60,032 bases of DNA, from the NCBI RefSeq assembly GCF_001194135.2, contig NC_068991.1, forward strand, positions 40,707,994 to 40,768,025, given 5' to 3'. The position numbers were made by a program, and so were the translations under genes. Source of the stretch: Octopus bimaculoides (Eukaryota). Positions 1 to 12,300 of this stretch are shown piece after piece (position 1 is the stretch's first letter; every line of letters begins with the position of its first letter). The notes under the pieces were generated by a model. The model was not told the origin of the DNA. It saw nothing but the letters and a program-made list of their open reading frames with translations, and ran no database searches.

Positions 1-141
1 CGTTAGGAAGGGCATCCAGCTGTAGAAACTCTGCCAAATCAGACTGGAGCCTGGTGTTGCCATCCGGTTTCACCAGTCCTCAGTCAAATCGTCCAACCCA
101 TGCTAGCATGGAAAGCGGACGTTAAACGATGATGATGATGA
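1..141 (+). mobile_element. 3' end of RTE-clade LINE (5'-truncated) with (GAT)n tail
   Basis: Same sequence as the 3' terminus of the RT-encoding copies at 39554 and 55561; further short copies near 1140(-), 23480, 27400, 29030, 33470, 38400(-), 53400, 53920. Confidence 0.8.
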
Positions 142-185
142 TTTCTTTGTTTTTTTTTTTCTTCTCTATTTTCTGGATTCTTTAG

Positions 186-303
186 ATGACAAGATCCGAG
201 AACTGAACAACCAAATTCGAGATTTGAAGAAGTTGCAAGACCAGATAGATGAATACGACAACATTAAGAATCAATATGACCAATTAGTTGCTGATGCTGA
301 TAA
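186..303 (+). CDS. NUMA1: NuMA-like exon A (DDKIRELNNQIRDLKKLQDQ...)
   Basis: tttag acceptor, open coiled-coil frame, gtatgt donor; phase 1 in, 2 out. Confidence 0.85.
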
Positions 304-3300
304 GTATGTGTAGTTAGATCATTTGATAGATTGCTGTTTTATTATTATTATTATTGAGTGAAAGAGCAATGCATGCTATCAAAGTGACACTGGGGTACAA
401 ATATACAAAGCCCAATATACCTTTCAGGACTACTCATCTGATAAGGGTACACCAGGCACATGCATCACAACCATATGTGTATGAAACGATTACCTTATAT
501 TAAGATAAACAGTGCATGACCTTGCAGGTGGCACCCAGTTAGAATTTTCTTCAGATCAAGTAGTCCATCCTGCTCAAAAGGTCCCTAAATAAAGTTTGTG
601 TAAGAATGATGAATAAAACACCCTTGTTTCCAGAGGTGAATTATTCAAACCCCAAAGAATTCCTCTCAGCACATGGCTATGATGCTTCCCCACTGCTTAT
701 GATAGGAAATGCACATATTGTCAGCCACTAAGGGACATGCTCAACTGGTTGTGGTCAAACAACTGACAAGCAAATCTGTGGTATTGAACAGAATATTTTC
801 TGTAGTCCATTATTATTAAGGTGGCAAGCTGGCAGAATCATTACAACACCAAAATGCTTAGTGGGATTTCATCTGTCTTTATTTTCTGAGTTCAAATGCC
901 ACTGAGGTTGACTTTGCCTTTCACTTTTTTTTTTTTGAGGGGTGGGGAATAAAGTAAATACCAGTTGAACACTGGGGTCGATGTAATTGATCTAACCCCA
1001 AAATTTGAAACCATTATTGTTAATGTTATCTATAACTACATCTAGCACACTATCTGGTATCTTATTGGATTCTTTACACATCAGTTGTCTGTTATAAAGT
1101 TTCAAGTATTCAATTTTGTTTTTATCTACTAGAATTCAGAGTTCATCATCATCATTTAATGTCCATTTTCCATCCTGGCATGGGTTGAACAGTTTGACCA
1201 GAGCTGGCCAGCCAAGGAACTGTCCAGACTCCAATTGTCTGTTGTGGCATGTTTTCTATGGCTGGATGCCCGTCCAAATGCCAACTACTTTACAGTGTAT
1301 GCTGGGTGCTTTTTACGTGCCACCAGCACAGGTGCATTTATTCTGTAATTTTTGTGAGATATTGTATTTCAGTTATTTTGATATGTTGTCTTACTGTCAA
1401 CATTTCCTTCATTGAAAAGCAAGGTAAACTGATACACATAGGATCAAGTATCCTATTTTAAGACACAAAAAAAAATAGTATTTGTATGTGTGTGTGTTCA
1501 CACACACACAAATCAAATCATGTACACTGTTTTTTTATGTCCACTCTTGCATTTTTGCATGTGTTGTTGCTTATTATTATTATTTATGGAATCTTAGGTG
1601 GTAGGCTGGCAGAATTGTTAGTGTGGTGGGCAAAATGCTCAGCAGCATTTTGTCAGTCACTACATTCTGAGTTCATATTCTGTTGAGGTCAACTTATCCT
1701 TTCATCCTTTCAGGGCCAATAAATTAAGTCCCAGTGAAACACTGGGATTGATGTAATTAACTAGTTCCCTCCCTACAGAACTTCAGGCCTTGTGCCTTTA
1801 GTAGAAAGGATAATTGTTTGTGGAATCTGACGCTGACCATTTTTGAGTTCATTTCTGAATCCTTGATGATCGTACATCCCCCTTGTTAATGTACAGCTCC
1901 AGTTGTAAGTATAACATGTAAATGTTTAGTTGGAAGTTTCAGATCTAATTCTGGGCATGTGTCTCTTTTCTCCTCTTTTGATAGTGACCTGTGTATTTCT
2001 CCACCATATCTCCACTCTCTCTCCCTCCAACAATGAGACTGCCAAAGGGAGTGGCAGGCAATAATGTCTTCCATTTAGTTACTTCCCTTCAAAATTATTT
2101 TCATCTGATCTTTGGATCATTTCTTCGCTTCTGACTATGGTATTACTGAGCATAGAATATCAGACAAGGAAGATAAGAATTAGACATATACAGTACGTAT
2201 CTAACTTCTCTCAAGTGCTTCTGGTGTTGGTTCAAATGAGGATTTCTCTGTGAGTAATCCTATCTTACTGGGTAACTAAAAGGATCTTCAGGGAACACTA
2301 ATCTCTAAAGATTGTATGTGCCACTTGTATGGGGTTTCTGTTTTACATCCATGCAGGGAAGTGGAAACAGAGTGTTTGATATACAAGACTTTTGGTATCG
2401 AGGTTGATATTGTGAATTAGAAACATTCTATTTTTGTGCTTTTCAAAGGCTACAGAGAAATGAACTTGTAAATAATGCCTCACAAATAAGAAGATACAGA
2501 CACAACATAGTGCAAGTTGTTGTATATTTGTTTATATTTATTCTATTTTTCTTTCCAGGGTGAAAAGTCAGCATGATGAACTTAAATCATTGAAATTGGA
2601 AAATACTTCACTAAAGAATGAAAATGCTGAAGTGTATGAAGAATTGAAGAAACTGAAAGAAGTAGTAAGTAAAAATTAGTGAAAAATATCTAATGGTTAG
2701 TTGAGTTGATGTTTTGATTATTAACTATGTTCCACAATGGTTTCTTTTTAGTTAGAACATGATATTGTATTTATAAGGTGGAAAGGTAGGATAAATTGAT
2801 TACAAGATAATTGGCAATTAATTTTGCTAATTCTTAGCTAAGTGATGTGGAACAAGTAGAGTTCATGCCCAAGGATAAGTTGCATCCTTGAGCAAAGTGA
2901 GTAAGACATTAAACATTGTGATACCTGTTGACTTAGCCTACTTATATGTATCAATATTTGTAATTATTTATATAAATGCCCCACTGTTTAGGAAATGGTT
3001 GTGCTGTCACTGTGTCACCTCACATCTTTCAGAAATCACAATTGAAGGTGGCTCAGTTAGACCAAGTCAAGAACTTGAAGGAACTACATTTAGAACAGAG
3101 GAAAAGTTCTAATCTCCAATTGCACTTGGATCACAAGCAGAAAGTCTTGGATGAAACAATTCAGAGCAAAAATTTCACAGAAGACAATTTAGCAAAACTG
3201 AGAGAAATGTACGAAGTATTGAAGAAAGATTATGAAGAAACACTTGCATTTCAGTCAGGTGATTATAAATTTTATTTCTAAATGATCTAAGAGGAGACAG

Positions 3301-6300
3301 ACAGACAGTCAGTCAAAAGAAACTGCCACAAATTCCACCTAAACACATAATTCTGTGAAATGGCTTTATGCAAAATTAAATTTGGTTTGGCAGTGTGGTA
3401 AGAAGTTTGCTTCCCAACCACATGATTTTGGGTTCAGTCCCACTGCATGGCAAAAGTGTCTTCTACTATAGCCTCAGGCTGTCCAAAGCTTTGTGAGTGG
3501 ATTTGATAGGCAGAAACTGAAAAAAGGCAGCGAACTGGCAGAAATGTTAGCACGCCAGGCGAAATGCTTAGCGGTATTTCGTCTGCCGCTACGTTCTGAG
3601 TTAAAATTCCGCCGATGTCGACTTTGCCTTTCATCCTTTTGGGATCAATTAAATAAGTACCAGTTATGCACTGAGGTCTATATAATCAACTTGATCCATT
3701 TGTCTGTCCTTGTTTGTCCCCTCTGTGTGTAGCCCCTTGTGGGCAGTAAAGAAATAAGAAACTGAAAAAAGCCCATCATGTGTGTGTGTGCATTCACCCA
3801 CAACTGGTATTAGTGTGTTTACATCCCTGTAGCTTAGTGGTTCTGCCAAAGAGACTGATAGAATAAGTACTAAGCTTGAAAACGAAAAAATAAGTCTTGG
3901 GTTCAATTTGTTCAACTAAAACCATTCAAGGTATTGCCCCAGTCTGGGCACAGTCAAATAACTGAAACGAGTAAAAGGTAAAAGGTAAATCCCTGAAAGT
4001 AGATTTATATCTACCATTGGGTCAGTGATTGAAAATGTTATAACTCCATAAAGACAGTTTGTTCAATTGGAAAAATACTCATTCATATAATTACCAAATT
4101 TGGTATGCAGAAACTGAAAGAATCCTGTTGTGTGTGCGCGCAAAGAAACATAGGAGAATGATTGCAGAACTTTGAAAAAATAACAGTGAAGAATAATCAT
4201 AATCCAAATCTCTTCATATTTTCATCAAATAATACTGATTGTTTAATAATTACTGCATTATCATAGTAAAACTGTCCAGAACAAGATATCTGCATATAAT
4301 CAATAAAACAATTTGTTCTTATTTAGAATAAAAATATTTAATCATTTCAAAATTTTAGCCTTTACTTGTTTCAGTCATTAGATTGCAGCCATACTGGGGC
4401 ACTGCCTTGAAGGATTTTAGTCAAATGACTCGACTCCAGTATCTTTTTCTTTAAAGCCTGGTACTTCATCTGTCAGTCTCTTTTGCCAAACTGTTAAGTT
4501 ATGGTGATGTAAACACACCAACATCAGTTGTCAAGCAGTGATGAGGGACAGACACACACATATACACACGATGGGCTTCTTTCAGTTTCCTTCTACCAAG
4601 TCCTCTCACAAAGCTTTAGTTAGCCTGAGGTTATAGTAGAAGACACTTGCCCAAGGTGTTGCACAGTGAGACTGAACCCAGAACCATGTGGTTGGGAAGC
4701 AAGCTTCTTACCACACAATCATGCCTACAACTTGATAGTATCTTGGTGAACAGAAAGCAAGAAGTTTGTGGAGTAATGTAGATGATGTCTGTTAGTTAAT
4801 AAGCTTCTTTTTTTTTTCTTTCAGAAAAGCAACCAACTGGAGAAAATATGAGTGTCGTAACAGACCATTTAATGACTGAATTGAAGACAGAACTGGAAGA
4901 TATCAAGACAACATGGATTGCTCCAGATATTCATGAGCAGTTAAAAATTGATCTCTCAAAACTTACATCTGAACGAGACATCTTAGAAGTAAGATACTTT
5001 CTGAATGTGTTTGTTGTTGGAAGAATGTGTACAGTTATATGGCTCCAGGTCTGCCATAATCAGGCAGAGTTATGATCAAAGATTTTCTAGGCATGATGAT
5101 ATCTTGTCTGCTATTGAGATACAATCTTTCTACGATGTTTCAATATGTCCCACCTTTTTTAAGACAGTAGGATCTAATCTGCTATTTTCTGTAAGTTAAG
5201 CTACCATTATAGAAAGCTTCCTTGTTGGCTCATATATAGTTGTATTAATCTGTAGCATGAACTTTGTTTAGATAGTGTTAACTTTTTCAAATCAACAGTT
5301 GAAAGCAGTAGCTGTTTAGAATGCAAGGATTGATATTCTACGAATCACACTGGTAGAATACTGTAAGTATCTGATAACTTTCCAGCTGCCAGATGCCTAG
5401 TTTTCAAGGAGGCTTGACCCAGGTTTGCAACTCCATCAAATATATGAGTGACTATGAAACAAACTTAACAAAAGGCAACTAAACTACATTTAGCATTTAA
5501 GAATTTCTGAAGATGCTGCATCATCAGGGATAACATCTCAAGTGTCTCTGCAGATTGATTGTTGGGAGCAAGCACTTGTCTTTGGCACAAGAAACAAAAG
5601 AGCTTGTGTATCAAACTAGTCAGATGTAACAAAGTATATTTGGGTTTACGTCCACCTTTAGGTGCAGGTGTGGTTGTATGGTTAAAAAGTTTACTTTGGA
5701 ACCTCGTGGTTTCAGGTTCAGTCCCACTGCATGATACCTTGATACCTCGGGCAAGTGTCTATTGCTATAACTCACAGTATGTGTGTATTTGTGTTTTCCT
5801 GTCTTGGTGTCATACACTAGTTGTAAACCATCATGGCCATAGGGTTTTTGATGTTTGACAGACTAGAGGAAACGTTATGTTACTTGGAAATGGGAGGGTT
5901 GGTGATGGAAAGAGCTTCCAGTTGTAGAAAATGTAATCGGGCACTCTGCCAGTTATGACAATGAGTGTTCCAGCTTCTCAGATGAGCAGAACAGCCTGCT
6001 TGTGAAATTAATATACAAGCGGCTGAGCATTCCACAGACACGCATACCCTTAACATAGTTCTTGGGGAGATTCAGTGTGACACAGAATGTGACAAGGCTG
6101 GCCCTTTGAAATACATGTACTACTCATTTTTGCCAACTGAGTAAACTGGAGTCACATGAAATAATGTGTCTTGCTCAAGGACAAAACATGCCACTAGGAA
6201 TCGAACTCACAACCTTACGATTGTGAGTCAACTACCTTAACCAATAAGTGACTCAATGAATTTCATTTAACTCACGCAAGCATAGAAAAATAGATGTTAA

Positions 6301-9300
6301 AATGATAATGAAGATGATGATAACTGACTTTTTTCTTTGATCATTCAAAATATAAATTCAAGTGTATTTTATATGTGAGCGAGTGTGTGTTATAATTTTC
6401 ATATTATATTTTAGTCCAAATTATTGAAATTACATGAAGAATCTCTAAACCTGAACTCCAACAATGACATACTGAAGAATCAGATTGAAAAACTAAAAAT
6501 TGAACAGGATAATGATCAGCGCCACATTTTGGATAAACAGCATATGATTGAAAAACTGAAGGAAGATCTTGAATGTTTTTCTACAAAGGAATCTAATTGG
6601 CAACAGACTGAAACGAAATACAAATCAGAACTACAACAACAGCAAGCAAAGGTAGCTCAGATACAACAAGAGCTTTCTACTGTAAGCACTGAACTGAAAT
6701 TAACAAATATGGTAAGTTTAGGGTACTTTAAGAATATTCATTTTATTTCCTTACATTTTTGTGTTGATGAAACAAGAAAACTTTTTCTCAACACCCACTC
6801 ACCCACTCATATAATCCTCTGCTAGCATGTATTCAGTGGATCAGCAAATGTATTTGTATGACTTGTTGAAGTTATTATTATGAGGATGTATGAAGGCAGT
6901 ACCATTACCATACTGGGTAAAATACTTAGTGGCATTTTGTCTGTCTTTACGTTCTAGGCTCAAGTGCCACTGGGATCAACTTTGCCTTTCAGGGTTGATA
7001 AAATAAAGACCAGTTGAGCACTGGGGTCGATGTAATCAACTTAGCCCCTCCTCCAGTATTGTTGGCCTTGTATCAAAATTGGAAACCATTATTATAAGGA
7101 TGTATCAAATTGGTGCATTCACAGAATAGCTAGTGTGGAAAAAATTCTTTGAGACATGGCTCTTTACAGTCCATGTTCAAATCCCACTGGGGTCAGCTTT
7201 GCCTTTCATCCCTCCAGGCTCAGTAAAACAAGTTACTAGTCATGTTCTAGATCAATAGTATCAACTAAGCCTCTCCTCTCAAAACTGCTAGCCTTGTGAC
7301 TTAATTAGAAACAATTATAATATGGATGGATAAAATACTTGAAGTGGTTACAATTTTTCAAATGTGTAATCGAACAATTGTGTTTCTTATTTCAGAAAAA
7401 AACATTGTTTATATGAGATTTTCAGTTTATTGCTCTGTAATACAGTATCTTAGTCACAGCTATCAATTATTATTTAATGTTAACTTGAAATATTATTGTC
7501 TGGTTTGTTGTTATTCTACTCAAGGTGGTTTTTATTTTTGTAGCAAGTTGAATCTGATACGAAGCACAATGAAAACAGGCGCCAGACACTGATTATGTCC
7601 ATGGATTCTTTGAAATGTGAGAAAAAATCTCTAGAACAGAAATTTCTATCTGAAAAAGCTTCACTGGAAGAAGAGATAAAAAATCTTTGTACTCAACTGG
7701 AATCGGCAAAAGAAGAGTTTTCTGCTAAACAGCAAGAGTTGGTGTCAGATTATGAAAATAGTTTGCTTGAAAAGCAGGAGCTGGAACGTCAACTTGGTGT
7801 TGAGCAAAGGCTCCGTGAGAGTGCTGAGAAAATATTGGTCTCTCAACGAGAGGAAGCTGCAAAAGAGCTTGCTGATAATGTTGATATTTTAAAGACTGAT
7901 ATTAAGAAATATGAACAAGAAGTAAATAGCTTACAGAGTACAATTCGTGAGAAGACAAAAGACTTTGATTCTCAGATTGAATCACATAAAACAATAAAAT
8001 TTGAATTAGAGCGCAAAATCACAAAATTAGAATCCCATATGAGCACAAGCAATCAAGAGAATATCACACTTCAAACAGAATTAAAAGCTGTGGAAGAAAC
8101 AGTACTAGGACTAAAACAAACTACAGTGAAGCTGAATGATAAACTGAGCAAAAGTGATCATGAGAAGACACTGCTACATGGAAAAATACAAGATGTTCAA
8201 AATAAACTTGCTGAAGCTATTAGTGAATCTCAGCATTGGATGAAAAAGAACAGCACAGAAAAGGAGGACTTTGAAGCCAAACTAAACACTTTGGTACAAG
8301 AGAACAGTGAGATTTTAGAAACGAGTAAAGTTGTTCAGGAGAAGTTGTCAGAGCAGCTGCGGTCGTCATCAGAAGAGAATTCTCTATTGAATAATAAACT
8401 TCAAGAATTAATGGATCAGATTGAGGATATGAAAACTGAAATAAAAGAGAGATTTGATGAAAATGAGTCTCTTCAGGACCAATTAAGCCAACTCCAAAAT
8501 CTGTATAAAGACTTACAAGAACAAAATGACATTGTAAATAACAACTGTACCAAAACTCAGAGTCAGTTAACTTTAAAAGAGACTGAATGTATCGAATTTG
8601 AAAAGAAACTCACCAACATACAGGCAGAAAAACTAAAAATGGAAGAAAAACACTCAAATGAATTGGGAAGTACTCGGCAAGCTTTGTCTCAAGAGATTAT
8701 CAATTTGAATCAACAAATTGAAAAGAAACACTTTCTGTTGGAGGAATCAAAATCTTCTTTACAGAACTTTTCTGAGAAAATTTTCCATGCCATTAAGCCC
8801 AATGTTTTGACAGAAGATCTAGAGTTACCCACTGATCTTAATGATGTGATCAGCTTCTTGCATCAGAAAGTGTATCAATGTGTTGAGGAAACTTCGAATG
8901 AGCGTGAATGTTTACAGAATCAGCTTAGTTCTCAGTCAGTAAATCTTGAGGAAATGAAGCAGAACTTTGAAAGTCAGTTAAAAGTTCATGAGGAATCTTA
9001 TGCAACTTTGAAAAATCAATTTGAAAACATTGTCTGTGAACACAGAAAATTGCAAGATAAACTAGTTAAACAAGAAAAAGCACTTGAAGAGCATACAATT
9101 GTCAAACAGTCATTGGAAGAAGCCAAAACTGTCTTAGAAAATCAACTCTTAGATAAAGAAAAATATTTTGAAACAGAGCTTGACTGTATTAGGACAAAAC
9201 ATGAAACTATAAAATCACACTTGGAAGAAAATACATCCATTAAGAAGGATCTAGTAGAACAGATTGAGGAACTTACAAGAGAAAAACAGGACATTTTAGA

Positions 9301-12300
9301 AAAGTTGGAACAAGAAACTGCAAATTCCAAAGAGGTTGCAACTAGTTTAAAATCTGAACTAGAAACTGTGAAACAAAGTGCCATTGAACAAGAAAGGAAA
9401 TTTAAAGTTGATTTTGAAGAACTAACCAAACATTATACATTACTGATGGATGAGAAACATATGGAGTCCCTTAAAGAAGTGGAACAAGTCAATGTACAAC
9501 TTTGTGACAAGGACAAGAGAATCTGTGAATTATCAAATGTCTTAACAGAGAAATCTTCACTTGTTGAGGAATATCTGAATTCAAATAATGAACTAACACA
9601 AGTTGTTACCAGCTTGAAAGAGAATGTTTCTGAGAAAGAAACTGAGACTAATTTACTGAAAAAGGAGTTAGAAGAAAAATCAGGCACCATCAGTGAGAAA
9701 GATGCTAAACTTGATGAACTTACTTCTCTTGTTGGAGAGATGCAAAAGAAGGTCTCAGAAATCTCTCAGGAACACGTTTCTGAAATTGGAAAATTGCAAG
9801 AAAATCTCAAAGTGGAATATGAAGAAAGAATCTCTTCTTTTACAAGTGAATATGAGAATAAAATAACCAGTGATTATGTGTGTAAGTCTTTGGTGGAAAT
9901 AAAAGAAAAAGAACATTCAAAGGAATTGGAGACTGCTAAAGAAACATTACATCAAGAATACAACCAGAAGAGTTGCTGCCTTGTTGAAGAATATGAAAAG
10001 AAATTAAAATCTGTCTCGGAGGACTTTGAGAAAAAATTATCCTCTGATTATGTTGCAGTTGGTGAGATTAATGAACAAAATAAAAAACATATCCAAGAAG
10101 TTATACAAATGAAAGAAAAACTTGAAGAATATGAAGGGAAAATAAAATCCCAAGATGAAGAACATAAAGAAGCTTTGCAAAAAGTAATGGTAGAATTTCA
10201 GGAAAATATCTCCAAAAATTATATCTCAAAAGAAGTATTTGAAGCTAAGCTAAAAGATGAGACCATAAAGTATACACAACTTGAACAGAAATATGTTGAA
10301 GAAGAAGAGAAATTACAGATAGTGTTGAAAGAACATGATGAAAAATTAGCTCAAGTTACTTTAAATTATGAAGAGAAAATAGCTACTGACTTTGTACCTC
10401 GACAAACATTTGAATGTGAACAGGAAAAGCATGTTACCACACTTCTAGAACAACAAACTTTGTATCAAGAGAAGCTTGAGTCACTTAATGAAATACACAA
10501 GATTTCTAATGATAAAAAAGTGGTTGAATTTGAAGATAATATTGCAACTAATTATGTGCAGAGATCTGATTTTGAAGATGTCCAAGCTAGGTTAAGTCAG
10601 AAGGAAAAAGAGTTCTCTAAACAACGAGCTGAATATGATTTAGTTGTTGCTGCTTGTGACAAAGTCAATGAACAGTATGAGTCATCAGTAAAGACATATG
10701 AGAAAAAGGTCACAGAAATGTGTAAGAAAATTGAAAGCCGAAACAAGCAAATTGAATGTCTTCAGGAACAAATTGCAGAGATGACAGTAAAAGCTGAACG
10801 GGAATACAATGAAATGAAGAGAGAGCAGAGCCAAAATCTGAGTGATAAAGATGAAGAAATGAGGACTTCCAGGCAAGAAATGGTAAATATACAAAGTGCC
10901 TATGAAGATGAGATTACCAAGTGTAAATCACTGGAGGAACAGATAAACAGGTTGAAAGGTAACCATAATAATGTGATATCTTCTTAATCCTTTAGCATTC
11001 AGATTACTCTATGAAATATAATGCTTATTTATTCATATTGTTTGAATTACTCATGCATCATCCCATCGCTTCAAGATTTTGATGATGTGCTTGTATATTT
11101 TTAGAATAGCATTGTTGTGTAGATGAGAAAGGCCAGTTTGAATATAAAGTAGGTAGAATATTTGGGCCTGATGTGGCTGGATTAAATACTAAAGGGTTTA
11201 AAAAAATGTTTAGCAAGATAAAAACTAACTTCAGGCAATATTAGTATGGTAATATTAATATTACTTCAGCTAATATTAATATTACCATATTAATATTAAT
11301 ACCTTCTACTCTTTAAGAAAGGACAGAATAATACTAGTTGTTATATTGATACTTCCATCCTAGTATTAGTTGTTTGGGCTATCAAATTTACACTTTCTTT
11401 TTTAATTAATTACACTGAATGGAAGGTGTGCATGTACCTCTCACAACTTTTCAGACAAGAATATAGTGACAACTATGGTTTGTGTCTGCTTTGAAATCTT
11501 ACAGGTTAGTGTTTTTGAAGGAAAACATGGACCTGAACTAAAATTTAATAGTGTGTGCTTCTAAGAGTGGAAGGATAGCATTTAGTGTATTGTATAATGC
11601 CTGTTGATGTTGACAAGATGAAGACATGGTAAGAGAAGTGGAAACTTTGAATGTGTTTAGGTGGAGAATATTTTAGTTGTTAAATTCAATCTTCATTATA
11701 ATAGCAGAAAGGAACCATGTCTCAATAAGTGTGTGATGAAACATACTAAATTTGTTTTTGATTTTTGGTTTTTATTTTCACAAAATGAATATAGTGTAGT
11801 GTGTTGAAAAATTGAAGGCTTGTCGGTGTACAATGTTTGAATATGTGGTACCACTGTGTCAGATACATGAATAATATATAGATTTGGGTATGGAATAAGG
11901 CAGTGAAATGGCAGAATTGTTAGCATGCCAAGCATAATGCTTAGCAACATTTCATCTATCTTTACATTCTGAGTTGAAATTCTGCCAAGGTCAACATTGC
12001 CTTTCATCCTTTTGAGGTTGATAAAATATGTAGTAGATGAGCACTGGGGTAAATGTAATCAAAATTGCTGGCCTTATACCAAAATTTGAAACCAATATAC
12101 AAGTTCACATATGGAATTAAAGATGCAATTATTTTCATAGATGGAAAGTGTACTTAAAGCTACAGAATGGTGGACATGAACAAGTTTGTTTCATAGTCAT
12201 CTGGTTCTTAGGGTTTTATCCCAGCAGCATTGAGCATTATCATCTCAAACCTTGGGAGTAAAATTGAGTTGATGAATATTGTATAGAAGCATGATGGACT

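Noticed and set aside
5501-5545. Hammerhead-like CTGAAGA/CTGATGA overlap
   Set aside because: GAAA and stems cannot be completed on either strand without several changes.
9142-10894. Antisense ORFs within the giant exon
   Set aside because: Ser/Phe/Leu-rich shadows of a Lys/Glu-rich sense strand.
7595-10987. 1130-aa ORF as a stand-alone gene
   Set aside because: It has an in-frame acceptor upstream and a phase-matched donor before the stop; it is an internal exon.
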